Assembly (NCBI GenBank): GCA_903889905.1 | Contig: CAISZI010000010.1 | Coordinates: 1,464 to 65,463 of the forward strand | DNA length: 64,000 nucleotides | Source of the DNA: Candidatus Wirthbacteria bacterium | GTDB lineage: Bacteria; Patescibacteriota; CG2-30-54-11 | Direction of reading: 5' to 3' | Shown: positions 1 through 9,356 of the stretch, in pieces | How positions within the stretch are numbered: position 1 is the stretch's first letter | Layout: every line of letters starts with the position of its first letter | Translations under genes and position numbers: made by a program | Notes under the pieces: generated by a model | Databases searched by the model: none | What the model was told of the DNA's origin: nothing | The model's input: the letters and a program-made list of their open reading frames with translations, nothing else

Positions 1-2149
1 TTCCGACGATATTTGTCGTTGTGGAGGCAGCTATACTAGCCCCCTGCATGCCGAGCAGCGTGTCCCTGATGATCAGTGCCAGCACCTTAAAAATATCAAA
101 ACAAAAGGCGCAGATAATATAGCTGGCATTGGCCAGGAAAATTTTGATGGGGAGTTCGCTCACCAGCATTTTGAGCGCATAGTTGCTGGGATTGAGCCTC
201 ATGATGATCATAAAACCGATGAAGACAATCGCCAGGACAACGGCAGCATTGGCGATATTCACGGCCATAGCCCAAATACTATAAACTTCATTGGGAGATC
301 CGAAATGGATCGCCCCCCCCTCTCCCATCTCGCGTTGTTGCAAGATCGGTTTCCCGTCACTACTGTATTGCCCGGTGGGCATAGAAATATTGACATCCAG
401 CAGGGGCAGTGCCCAGGTCTGGATGGCGCTGGCCACGCTGCAGGTGATTTGATAGACAGGGGTTAACACCAGTCCAATCAGTCCGATCGAATCCGTGGAC
501 ACAGCGTTAGCGTCGCAAATGCCGAAATCTTTATTTGTGGTGCCTGGTGTCGTGGTCGTCAGATTGGAAGAGGCGGTGCAGGCGGCATCCTTGGCAAGTG
601 CAGCAGCAATTACGTCTGGCGGGGCCGGAGGGAGTGGGATGACCACAACCGGACAGAGATAGACGCCAATCGGCGCCGGATCCTTGGTCATATCAAATGA
701 GGTGGATTTGAGCGAGGGGTCGTCTTTGTAGCCGGAGGGAGGAGGAATTTGAATGGTATAAAAAGTGGGCCAGAGTTTATCAATACCAAGGGCCGGAGCG
801 GGAAATTGGGCGATGCTATAAAGCTGAGTGCTGTTGGTGGGACTGTTAAGCAGCTGCGCGCCAGGATTCAAGGTGGCAACGGAAGTTTTTTCAGCCGGAT
901 CCACAAAGTCCATGGTTATGGTATAAGGCCCCGTAAAGGCGCCAATCGGCTGTTTGGTGTTGGCGTCATAGAGTGTTACCGAGAGTTTTGTGAATTCATC
1001 CGTTGACCCCAACACTTTTACTGTATCTGTGCGTGATACAGTAAAAGGATTTGGCAAGAGCCAGCGGCCCAAAGGCGCATTTTCAGTGACTGTGTCTACG
1101 CGGAGAACAGGGGGCGCAAACACGCCGTTATAATTAACCTGGACCTCATAAGGGATATCCGTTTGTATGGTGAAGGATCCTGCGCAAGGTTGTGGTTGGT
1201 TGTTTTTGCTAGCCTGAGGATCAAAAGGTATGGTAATGCCTTGAACGATGCTCGGCAAGCCAAATCCATATGGAATGGAGACTTTGTGCTGGTAAAAAAT
1301 CTTGTCAAAAACCAGTGGGGCACTGGCTTGTCCATTGAGTGAGGGAAAGTAAGTGCAGGTCGAAGGCGCCGTGACGGATAATTTGGTCCCGGTAAAGTCG
1401 TATTCCGGTATTCCCGGTAGGAACAAGTGCCTTCTAAACCAGACCAAAGTCAGTGCGCCATTGGTGCCGGGGATATCAAACGATTCTTGCGGAGCAAAAT
1501 TCAGACTAAAGGCTCCATTGGCACTCTTGAGCACAATGGCTTTGGTCGAAACTTCATTGTTAAAAGACGCGGTGATCTGATCCGTAATATTGGCAGAAAG
1601 AGTCAGTGGGGCTTGTATGTCGACCCAACAATAGCCGTTAAGGGCATGGCACGTGGTTGTAGTGATGGGTGAACCGTTGGGCCCTCCCCCTGCCGGATCG
1701 TTAACGGGCCCCGTGAGAGTGGATCCGAGGAAGCTTCCCCAGGTTAGTTTGTAGGTAATATAGGAACTGCTTGCTATGGATTTGTCAATATTTTTATTAA
1801 GCATGACATTGTGAATTGGTTGTGTGTAGGCGAATCCACTGTACCCCCATTGGTCTACACCGGGAGGTTGCCCAAGAGTAATGAATTGAGGTGCTTCAGA
1901 CACTCCATCGTTGACAATATCAATTTCCAATGTGGCTGGCGACTTGTCGGAAAACCAGAAAGACGATCCACCATAAGTAAATTTAGGGCTGATAAAAAAA
2001 GTTTCATCCTTTCCTGCTGCGAAAGCTTTTCCACTTGGTCCAGTGGGCAGCACAAGCAAACTTCCCAAAAGCAAAACAGCACCCAGTCCGATATTTATGA
2101 GCAATCGTTTGAGTGTGATTTGAATAGGTTTTTGTTTGGTTTTGGTCAT
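1..2149 (-). CDS. Large secreted/membrane protein, CPR VirB6/TrbL-like (partial, runs off left edge)
   Basis: Not in the ORF track. Manual translation from ATG 2149 (MTKTKQKPIQITLKRLLINIGLGAVLLLGSLLVLP..AFA, signal-like) stays open to base 1. A long beta/Pro-rich extracellular part is followed by W-AMAVNIANAAVVLAIVFIGFMII..YALKMLVSELPIKIFLANASYIIC, resembling CPR VirB6-like membrane proteins. Lies downstream of a pilin. Confidence 0.7.
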   Translation of the reverse strand, partial: MTKTKQKPIQITLKRLLINIGLGAVLLLGSLLVLPTGPSGKAFAAGKDETFFISPKFTYGGSSFWFSDKSPATLEIDIVNDGVSEAPQFITLGQPPGVDQWGYSGFAYTQPIHNVMLNKNIDKSIASSSYITYKLTWGSFLGSTLTGPVNDPAGGGPNGSPITTTTCHALNGYCWVDIQAPLTLSANITDQITASFNNEVSTKAIVLKSANGAFSLNFAPQESFDIPGTNGALTLVWFRRHLFLPGIPEYDFTGTKLSVTAPSTCTYFPSLNGQASAPLVFDKIFYQHKVSIPYGFGLPSIVQGITIPFDPQASKNNQPQPCAGSFTIQTDIPYEVQVNYNGVFAPPVLRVDTVTENAPLGRWLLPNPFTVSRTDTVKVLGSTDEFTKLSVTLYDANTKQPIGAFTGPYTITMDFVDPAEKTSVATLNPGAQLLNSPTNSTQLYSIAQFPAPALGIDKLWPTFYTIQIPPPSGYKDDPSLKSTSFDMTKDPAPIGVYLCPVVVIPLPPAPPDVIAAALAKDAACTASSNLTTTTPGTTNKDFGICDANAVSTDSIGLIGLVLTPVYQITCSVASAIQTWALPLLDVNISMPTGQYSSDGKPILQQREMGEGGAIHFGSPNEVYSIWAMAVNIANAAVVLAIVFIGFMIIMRLNPSNYALKMLVSELPIKIFLANASYIICAFCFDIFKVLALIIRDTLLGMQGASIAASTTTNIVG

Positions 2150-2163
2150 GGCCAATCGTCCTG

Positions 2164-2541
2164 TTAAAGTTTGGGAGTGGTGAGGGCGCTGCCTCCCAGT
2201 ACGTCAGCAATCAGATAAGCGACAAAGACAACCACCAGGCCCGTTACGGCAGATTGAATGATGTCCTTGGCTTCCTGGGAATCTTTGGCGTTGCCGGCAG
2301 CGGTGATATAACGAAACGCTCCGATGATAATCATCACGATGGCGGTGCCGCCTGCCAGCATATAGGCAATAGTAAGTATTTGGTTGATCAGAGCGCCCAT
2401 CGGCTGGTCCCCCGCGTTGCCACCCTTGATGCGGATCCCAAATACGGTAACCACTTCCCACGCCCGTGCTACCTGCACCTGGCACAGCCAGAAGGTAAAC
2501 AAAGCAACAGCGAGGTGAAATTTGTGCAACAACTTGGACAT
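2164..2541 (-). CDS. CPR-type pilin (TrbC/VirB2-like)
   Basis: 125 aa: signal peptide plus two hydrophobic helices around IIIGAFRYITAAGN..EAKDIIQSAVTGLVVVFVAYLI. Confidence 0.85.
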   Translation of the reverse strand: MSKLLHKFHLAVALFTFWLCQVQVARAWEVVTVFGIRIKGGNAGDQPMGALINQILTIAYMLAGGTAIVMIIIGAFRYITAAGNAKDSQEAKDIIQSAVTGLVVVFVAYLIADVLGGSALTTPKL

Positions 2542-2577
2542 TGGTGGCGATCTGACCTTATTAAAGATATTCCCATT

Positions 2578-2586
2578 ATTATAGCA
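2578..2586 (-). promoter_or_regulatory. Extended -10 promoter (TGCTATAAT) of the pilin operon
   Basis: Exact TGnTATAAT on the minus strand about 36 bp upstream of the pilin start. Confidence 0.6.
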
Positions 2587-2670
2587 TCCTGACGTCCAAA
2601 GTGCAATCTGCGTAGGGAGGATGACAAATGGGGCTGACAGCTCTATTTTACCCCCTGCAGCGGGGTTTGA

Positions 2671-4239
2671 CTATGGCGCGGCCTTGAGTTCGTTGGTCAG
2701 AGCCGCAGCGGCCGTGGTGAGCGCTGTGTTGCCGTCGGTTTTGCCAAAAGCCACGTTGTTGATCATGGTATTGATGATGATGTTCGCCTGTTCCCAGCCG
2801 CCTTTGTAATAGGACTTGGAATAAGGCAGGCCCAGGGAAAACTGCTGCATGGTGGCATCCAGTCCGGGTTGTGCCTGCGCCGCGATCACGGCGGCGACAT
2901 CGGGTCGGGCGGGCGGAACTTTGTAGGTGGTGCTGTAGGTAGTCATGACGCTGCGGGAAGCCACGTATTTGATAAAATCCCAGGCAATGCCCGGAAACTG
3001 TGAGTTGCGGTTGACGACATGGGCCCAGTAGTACGATGGTGTGGCCCAGGTTTTGGTGTCATCGGAAAGTTGCGGGAATGGCACGACTTCGAAGTGGAGC
3101 GAGCCGGGAATCGAGCTCACCTGATACGACCGGCCAAAGGCCATCGAGACCTTGCCCGCGGCAAAGGCGGCCATGGAGGAGGGCGGCTTGCCACCCATGC
3201 TGGCCCAGATCGGATCGTTATTGTCGGCCCACATTGGGGCATACTGGGCGTATTTGGTGAGCACGTCGTAGGCGACCAGGGTTTTCTTGGGGTCAGTGAG
3301 GTCACTGGTTTGTTTGTCCGGGTTCACGACATTGATGCCGTTTTGCAAAAACATGGTGGTCAGGATGTCCTGGGCATTGTCTACGGTGGTGGCATCCCCA
3401 TAGGAACCATAGCCCATGGCTGCGCCGTAGTGGATGACCGTGGCGGGATCCACGGTGTTGACGCCGGTGGTGCTGACTTTGTGCCAGCCCTCGGAAGTGT
3501 AGACCAGGTGCTGGGCGTCACGGGCAAATTCGTTCCAGGTCATGGGTTTGTCGAGCGCGGGCGGCGTGAGCCGGTCGGTGGGGTTGGCGCTGTTGTAGTC
3601 CTGGAAATGGTTCAGGTTGACGAACAAGGACATGCCTTCAGAAGCCCAGGGAATACCCCAGAGCGCGGGGCCGAGGACTTTAGAGATGCCCTGGGCATTT
3701 TTGCCACTCACTTCTGTCGTCCATTCGGTGCGCAGCGCGGGGAAAAAGCGGGCGAGGTATTCATCCATTTCTTTGGACGTGTGCGATGTGTCAGAAACGG
3801 GGTCGAAGCCACCCGTCAGGTTGTCTTTGTTGGCAGTGATGTAATTGACTGGCATGTAGTTAATGCGCTGTTTCCAGTTTCCCAGCCAGTCGTTAAGCAG
3901 AATAAACACGTCCGGCTGCCCGGCGCCGCCATATTTGTCATTCAGCGCGGTCAAGTAGGTGGCACGATCCGGGAAACCGGTGGGTGTGATCGTGACATTG
4001 GGGTGTTGCCGTTGATAGTCAGACGCCAGCGAATCCATCAGCGCATGGTCCTCAAACAGGTACCAGACGTTGATGTTGACGCTGCGACCGGCGGGAATGG
4101 TGCTGTAGGGGTACGGCGCCGTCGTGGTGGCGGTTTTGTCGCAGGATTTGAGCGAACAGCCAGAGAGAAAGGTTGGCTCGATTCCCAACAGTGACAACAT
4201 GATCACGGCCATCAGAATTTTTTTGAAAAGTGGACGCAC
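2671..4239 (-). CDS. Extracellular solute-binding protein (sugar ABC family 1-like)
   Basis: Motifs YQRQHPNVTI, GQPDVF, WGIPW..EGMSLFVN, PMTWNEF, AFAAGKVSM, AWDFIKY; N-terminal anchor/lipobox-like LSGC. Confidence 0.85.
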   Translation of the reverse strand: MRPLFKKILMAVIMLSLLGIEPTFLSGCSLKSCDKTATTTAPYPYSTIPAGRSVNINVWYLFEDHALMDSLASDYQRQHPNVTITPTGFPDRATYLTALNDKYGGAGQPDVFILLNDWLGNWKQRINYMPVNYITANKDNLTGGFDPVSDTSHTSKEMDEYLARFFPALRTEWTTEVSGKNAQGISKVLGPALWGIPWASEGMSLFVNLNHFQDYNSANPTDRLTPPALDKPMTWNEFARDAQHLVYTSEGWHKVSTTGVNTVDPATVIHYGAAMGYGSYGDATTVDNAQDILTTMFLQNGINVVNPDKQTSDLTDPKKTLVAYDVLTKYAQYAPMWADNNDPIWASMGGKPPSSMAAFAAGKVSMAFGRSYQVSSIPGSLHFEVVPFPQLSDDTKTWATPSYYWAHVVNRNSQFPGIAWDFIKYVASRSVMTTYSTTYKVPPARPDVAAVIAAQAQPGLDATMQQFSLGLPYSKSYYKGGWEQANIIINTMINNVAFGKTDGNTALTTAAAALTNELKAAP

Positions 4240-4290
4240 AGGTGTGTCCCGATTTAGTAAAAAGCTAAATCCCTATCGTTGGCGCAGGCG

Positions 4291-5355
4291 TTAACTGTTA
4301 TTCATGGTGAAGTTGATCAGGCTGTGATTCCCGAGGACCACGTTTTTGAGCTGGTTGTGTGGATAAACCTTGCAATGTTCGGCCAGGATCGATTGCCATA
4401 CGAGCGCGCCTTCGCCGATATCACAATGTTCCCAGAACAATGAGCGCTCTACTTCTGCCCCGTTTTCAATGGTGGAATGCGCGCCAATCACCACATCCGG
4501 CCCGACGATCGCCCCTTCGCCGATATGGGTATGCGCCCCGATGATCACGGGCCCAATGATTTTGGCGGTGGGATGAATGTAAACGCCCTCCCCTACCCAA
4601 ACGCGAGCCGAAAGCGCTTCAAACCCATCGAGATTGGCTTTGAACCGCCCATAGAGCGGGTCAAAGTTCGAGAGCAGGTAATTCCCGGGATTGCCGACGT
4701 CGTTCCAGTAGCCAGTGTGGCGATAGGCAAACAGCGGCACCTTTTTGTCCAGCAGCACGGGAAATACCTGTTTGCCAAAATGGCAGGATTCCGGCGTTTG
4801 GGGCAGGTAGTCAAAAATATTGGGTTCAAACATGTAGATACAGGTGGCCACCTGGTCGCTGAGGGCGTCTTCTTGTTTGGGTTTTTCCTGAAAGAGGGAA
4901 ATTTGTGCGTCGCCGTCTGTGGCCACAATGCCATAGCGCGACACGTCATCGGCCTGGGTGGTGGCAATGGTTACCACGCCTTGTTTGGCCTGGTGGAAGT
5001 CCATCATGGCTTTGAGGTCAATATCGGTCAGGTTGTCACTGGCAAAAGCCAGGAAAGGTTCGTTGTTGAAATATTTTTTGACGTTGACCAGGGCGCCGGC
5101 GTTCTCCAGCAGCTGCGTTTCATGGGAGTAATGGATATCCATCCCCCATTTGGAGCCGTCGCCAAAGTAGCTGGTGATGGTGTCCGGAAAGTAATGGGTA
5201 TTAATCATGACTTCTTCAATGCCTGCATCCCGGCAGCGCAGCAGCGCGTGTTCCAGCATCGGCTTGTCGGCAACCGGCACCATGGCTTTGGGGCGAGACT
5301 CGGTAAGTGGACGCAGTCTGGTTCCCAATCCCGCTGCCCAGATCATAGCTTTCAT
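4291..5355 (-). CDS. NDP-sugar synthase (mannose-1-phosphate guanylyltransferase-like)
   Basis: AAGLGTRLRPLT..PKAMVPV, FQEKP, GYWNDVG, C-terminal hexapeptide repeats. Confidence 0.9.
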   Translation of the reverse strand: MKAMIWAAGLGTRLRPLTESRPKAMVPVADKPMLEHALLRCRDAGIEEVMINTHYFPDTITSYFGDGSKWGMDIHYSHETQLLENAGALVNVKKYFNNEPFLAFASDNLTDIDLKAMMDFHQAKQGVVTIATTQADDVSRYGIVATDGDAQISLFQEKPKQEDALSDQVATCIYMFEPNIFDYLPQTPESCHFGKQVFPVLLDKKVPLFAYRHTGYWNDVGNPGNYLLSNFDPLYGRFKANLDGFEALSARVWVGEGVYIHPTAKIIGPVIIGAHTHIGEGAIVGPDVVIGAHSTIENGAEVERSLFWEHCDIGEGALVWQSILAEHCKVYPHNQLKNVVLGNHSLINFTMNNS

Positions 5356-5505
5356 GGCGCTTCCTTCTTTATTTTAGGACAAATAACGTTACCCAGTATA
5401 AATTTTTTAGCCAGACGGGTCAAACGACGAAGACAGCGAAGAAGCCAACGAAGAAGCCAGCAAGGAGTAATTGAGCTATGAGCAAGGAGTCGTGGGGAAA
5501 AACAC

Positions 5506-5529
5506 GTAGGGGCGGTTCATGAACCACCC
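5506..5529 (+). repeat. GTAG-type REP-like palindrome
   Basis: GTAG followed by the imperfect hairpin GGGCGGTTCATGAACCACCC. Confidence 0.6.
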
Positions 5530-5563
5530 TCCCCGCGATGGCGAAGCAACGCCAATAGATTTC

Positions 5564-5596
5564 AAAAAAGCCTCACTTAAACAGTGAGGCTTTTTT
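5564..5596. terminator. Intrinsic terminator downstream of hsp20 (bidirectional form)
   Basis: AAAAAAGCCTCACT-TAAAC-AGTGAGGCTTTTTT. Confidence 0.85.
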
Positions 5597-5620
5597 ACGG
5601 TTGTGGAAACAAAGGCAGAA

Positions 5621-6166
5621 TTACAGGGCGCGGACTTCCAGCTTTTTGGTGCGGGCGTTGGCGGCTTTGGGGATGGTAATGGTGAGGATACCGTTGCTGA
5701 ACGTGGCGTTAGCCTGGTCGGTGACCACCGCCACAGGCAGGATAATGGAACGGGAGAACACGCCGTAGTAGCATTCCTGACAGTAATAATCTTCGGCGGC
5801 AATGTTGTCGTCCATTTTGCGGTGGCCCTTGACCGTGACCACGTCGTCGGTGATGGCAATGTCGATCGCGTTGGGGCTGACGCCGGCAATGGGGGCCTTG
5901 ATGATGATGTCACCCAGTGTCTGATAAACGTCAACCGCGAGCTGGCCTTCGAAATTGTTTTCGTTGAACCAGGTGCCTTCTTCGTGCTGCGGGTGTTGGG
6001 GCTGCGGCATGGCGGAACTGTGGTCGACCATGGGGACAGACTGGACAGTCTGTACGGGAGGGCTTTGAAAAGTTTGAATTTGGGCAGGGTCATTGATGGG
6101 CATATTGTCGTTAACCACGTCCGGTGCGGTCGATGTGGTTGATTTGCCGAATGGCGTCCAGACCAT
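5621..6166 (-). CDS. Hsp20/alpha-crystallin small heat shock protein
   Basis: EGQLAVDVYQT..IKAPIAGV..ECYYGVFSRSIILP..FSNGILTITIPK. ATG 6166 has AAGGAGA 8 nt upstream. Confidence 0.92.
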   Translation of the reverse strand: MVWTPFGKSTTSTAPDVVNDNMPINDPAQIQTFQSPPVQTVQSVPMVDHSSAMPQPQHPQHEEGTWFNENNFEGQLAVDVYQTLGDIIIKAPIAGVSPNAIDIAITDDVVTVKGHRKMDDNIAAEDYYCQECYYGVFSRSIILPVAVVTDQANATFSNGILTITIPKAANARTKKLEVRAL

Positions 6167-6548
6167 GAGTGGTGTCTCCTTTATTTTTGGCTTTGCCAGT
6201 AACACAAAACGCTAAACCGCCTTATCGAGGTTGAGTATATCCAAAAAAACGTCGAGTGACAATAGTCTTGTCTTGATTGCGTTTGGGTGAAATGGCATGG
6301 TGGAAAACCTGTGCAAAACTAGTCTGTGTTTAGTGGGGGAAGCCTTGCGTTAATTGCCTGCTGGGGCAACGACTGCTTCAATTTTTCCTGGCTGGAGCAA
6401 GTTGATGAAATCGTTTCAGGGCGGCGGAGCAGTCCGCGAGAGCGCTGGGCGCGAAGTTGAGGCGTTGTATTTGTTGTCTGTTTTTAGGTGAATTCAATGC
6501 GACAATTCATTTATGGCTTGTTCCCTCTGTGCCGCGCGTTGTGGATAA

Positions 6549-7889
6549 CTAGGATTGATTTTGGATGGCTTTGGTTACTTCTGTGGCTTCATTCCAGGGT
6601 GTTTCGATACCGTCAACATTCAAAGTCGGTTCGTGTCCCTTGCCCGTAAAATCGAGGATGTCGCCGGGTTGGGCAATCTGGATGGCGTACTTGATCGCTG
6701 CGCGGCGATCGGCAATGCAGATAAAACCGCTGCTTCCTGGGCCTGGGCCCTTGTCCCCGTTGCTGATTTGAACGGAGCCTGCTTCGCTCGCGTATCTGGC
6801 AATGTCTTGCAGGATGGATGTGATCGGTTCCTTCCGGTTGTCTTCGTTAGTGATGATGGCGATGTCGGCCAGTTTTGCGGCAATCTCCCCCATCCGGTGC
6901 CTGCCCTTGTCGCGCGCTCCGGCACAGCCAAATAGCACAATCAGGCGCTTGGGATGTAAGGCCCGCAACGCCTTGAGCGCGTGCTCCAAGGCTGCCGGCG
7001 TATGCGCAAAGTCAACAATGGCAGTGTAGGGCTGCCCCGCATCGATCTTTTGCATGCGCCCGGGGATTTGCGGCAAGTTGGTAAAGGCTTTCGCCATTGC
7101 TTCGCCTTTGAGCCCAAAAGCCAGGCCGACGGACGCTGCTGCCTGAGCGTTCTCCAGATTGTAGTCGCCGAGCAGAGGCAAAAAACCGTTAAATTGGGAA
7201 GAATCAATACTAAGCTTAAAACTCATTCCATTGATGTCTTGTTTTTCGAGTTTTGCAGTGAGTAAAGTTGTTTGGGAAGAATTTTGGCAAAAATCGCTAT
7301 TGTAGATGATTTTCGATGTGCAAGGTTGTTGGGAGAGCAAAGAAAATGAGGCGTCGGCGGCATTCAGGATGGCCGTTTTGGCTAGTCCTTTGTTTCTACC
7401 CTTGTGGAGAGATTGAAAGAGTTTAGCCTTGGCCCGTAAGTAGTTTTGGGCGGTGCCGTGGTAATCCAGATGGTCTTCTTTGACGTTGGTGATCACGGCG
7501 ACGTCAAAATCTATTCCCCAAACGCGATGCTGCTGCAGGCCATGCGAAGTCACTTCCAAGATGACCGTGTCAAACCCCTTGGCCAGGATTTTGCGCAATA
7601 ACGGTTGCAAATCGCGCGGACTTTGGGTGGTAACATGGGCGCCGGTTTCGACAACCTCCTCCCCTACTATTGCTTGCACCGTATTGATCAGCGCCACCTT
7701 GGCACCAGCGGTTTTGAGCAAGTGATAGGCCATGTAAGTCGTGCTGGTCTTGCCGTCCGTGCCTGTCACCCCAACGACTTTGAGCTTTTTGCCGGGGAAA
7801 TCGTAGCGCCAAGCCCACCACATAGCGTCAAACAGATGGTAAAGATTTTTGAGCCGGGATTTTAGCGATTGCTGGTTTTGATGGGTCAT
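6549..7889 (-). CDS. murE: UDP-N-acetylmuramoyl-tripeptide synthetase MurE
   Basis: VGVTGTDGKTST, LEVTSHG, DHLDYHG, GRMQ, VDFAHTP, GKGHE. Start placed at ATG 7889. Confidence 0.9.
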   Translation of the reverse strand: MTHQNQQSLKSRLKNLYHLFDAMWWAWRYDFPGKKLKVVGVTGTDGKTSTTYMAYHLLKTAGAKVALINTVQAIVGEEVVETGAHVTTQSPRDLQPLLRKILAKGFDTVILEVTSHGLQQHRVWGIDFDVAVITNVKEDHLDYHGTAQNYLRAKAKLFQSLHKGRNKGLAKTAILNAADASFSLLSQQPCTSKIIYNSDFCQNSSQTTLLTAKLEKQDINGMSFKLSIDSSQFNGFLPLLGDYNLENAQAAASVGLAFGLKGEAMAKAFTNLPQIPGRMQKIDAGQPYTAIVDFAHTPAALEHALKALRALHPKRLIVLFGCAGARDKGRHRMGEIAAKLADIAIITNEDNRKEPITSILQDIARYASEAGSVQISNGDKGPGPGSSGFICIADRRAAIKYAIQIAQPGDILDFTGKGHEPTLNVDGIETPWNEATEVTKAIQNQS

Positions 7890-7915
7890 GTGTGGTTGGC
7901 TGTAATGAAAGAAAA

Positions 7916-7988
7916 CACTTTTCACGTGAAAAGTGAGAACGGGATAGTTTTTTATTTCCTTTGTTTACGCTTTTCACGTGAAAAGTGT
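7916..7988. promoter_or_regulatory. Pair of parS-like palindromes
   Basis: CACTTTTCACGTGAAAAGTG (7916-7935, perfect) and CTTTTCACGTGAAAAG (7970-7985); core TTTCACGTGAAA is shared with the parS consensus. Confidence 0.55.
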
Positions 7989-8058
7989 CTATCCTTGATT
8001 TAATGAGATTGTGTGCCGCTATCCCCCATTGTTGCATTTACTCGTTGCAAAATCATCC

Positions 8059-9075
8059 TTATAAACTATGATTCTGCTTTGATTTTGCTTTGTTGTTGAG
8101 GGGCTCGTGCAATCTCCCCAGGCTACGATAGATGAAGTGCGCTCCCCGGGAAAGGTAATAGCTGCGGCGACGGAAAAGGAATTGCCGCGCGCTTGCAGTC
8201 TTGACTGGATAAGCCATAAGCCCTGGGATCGGATCTCCAACAAGATAAGTCAAGGCACCCCGATCTTGGGCCATGGCCAAGCCTTGTTCGTGGACAAGGA
8301 GTAGGTTTGCAGGAGATTGGTTCCCCCGGGTGGACATGACAAAACACGAAGTGTCGCAAAATAATAACAAGGCGGCTGTGATGGTGGTTTTTTCCTGCCA
8401 GAGATGGATGATCTCGATCTGATTGGTCGGGGCAAAGCAGTCCAACAAGGTTTTGTAACTGTCAAAAGACTTGAGGCCGGGGACAGAAGTGGTGGGTGGA
8501 AGGTTGTAAAAGCTTTGTAAGGCATTTGGTGTAGCGTTATGCGTTAAGTGACACTGTTCCTTGGGCAGTTGAAGAGCAGCCCGGGCACGAGCAGTAAAAG
8601 CTTCTTGCAGGGTAGCTGCCGCACGGGGAACTGCCATCGCAAAGGAGGGGACGGCCGCCAACGGCTGGCTATTGGAGGTGCGCAGGGGTTTCCAGAAGAG
8701 CGGGGACTGCGGGAGCAGTGAGCTGGGTTCGATCAGCAAGCGCATGACTTTTGGGGCCTGTAGCAGGCGCCGCAGGTTTTGTAATAAAACATTGGCGTGG
8801 GGGAGACCAATGGGGGATAATACCGGTCCGTTGCTAAGCAGTGCAGTTTTGTGTCCCCAAAAAGTGGACATTTCGATAATTTGTGCCAGCCCTTCGATCT
8901 GTCCATCCACGGTCAGGGCAAAGCGCCAGAGGCGTCGGCCCAGGAGTTGCTGATAGTCACCCCAGCGCCAGGATTGCCACAAGTTGCCGGGGGAATAGGC
9001 AAAAACAAAATCGTCCCATTCGTTTGCGGCGTGGCCCTGGAATTTGAGGATCTGAATGTGCGGGGAGTCTTGCAT
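8059..9075 (-). CDS. FemABX-family peptidoglycan peptidyltransferase-like protein (divergent)
   Basis: EWDDFV..GNLWQSWRWGDYQ, NGPVL, LIEP; adjacent to murE. Start placed at ATG 9075. Confidence 0.65.
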   Translation of the reverse strand: MQDSPHIQILKFQGHAANEWDDFVFAYSPGNLWQSWRWGDYQQLLGRRLWRFALTVDGQIEGLAQIIEMSTFWGHKTALLSNGPVLSPIGLPHANVLLQNLRRLLQAPKVMRLLIEPSSLLPQSPLFWKPLRTSNSQPLAAVPSFAMAVPRAAATLQEAFTARARAALQLPKEQCHLTHNATPNALQSFYNLPPTTSVPGLKSFDSYKTLLDCFAPTNQIEIIHLWQEKTTITAALLLFCDTSCFVMSTRGNQSPANLLLVHEQGLAMAQDRGALTYLVGDPIPGLMAYPVKTASARQFLFRRRSYYLSRGAHFIYRSLGRLHEPLNNKAKSKQNHSL

Positions 9076-9145
9076 GGGTGAAATGGCGTTAGAGGTAGGC
9101 GAAACTACTCTAGCAGTGATACAATGTAAACGCAAACGAACTCAT

Positions 9146-9197
9146 CCCCAGCCCTTCCCCCTAAAGGGACTAAGGCCTTTGGCAAAGGGAAGGGGGC
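9146..9197. repeat. C-run/G-run palindromic intergenic element
   Basis: CCCCAGCCCTTCCCC...GGGAAGGGGG; similar in style to the elements at 39257, 46300 and 61068. Confidence 0.5.
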
Positions 9198-9207
9198 AAG
9201 AAAATAG

Positions 9208-9314
9208 GTCATTCCGAGCTTGCGAGGAATCCTTACTACAGACGAACCGGCAGGCGTGTTTGCGACGACGATTGAACGCAGTGGTAGAGATTCTTCGTTT
9301 CACTCAGAATGACA
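9208..9314. repeat. GTCAT...ATGAC palindromic element
   Basis: Termini GTCATTCCGAG / CTCAGAATGAC; shares GAATCCTTRCTACAGAC with the copy at 41426. Confidence 0.7.
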
Positions 9315-9356
9315 TTGGAAGTAGTTCCTTCTAGGACTAGAAATACGGGAATTTTC

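Noticed and set aside
313-320. C8 run (also the A-run before 13978) as phase-variation tracts
   Set aside because: The runs are short, the frame is intact, and there is no evidence of slippage.
5425-5460. Short CGAAGAAGCCA-like repeats as a CRISPR array
   Set aside because: Units are about 12 bp, with no spacers and no cas genes.
3019-5481. Long + strand ORFs 3019-4194 and 4477-5481
   Set aside because: Antisense shadows of well-supported minus-strand genes, with no motifs of their own.
6735-6765. Possible repeat-derived insert in MurE (NGDKGPGPGSS)
   Set aside because: No matching repeat elsewhere in the window; it may be an ordinary variable loop.
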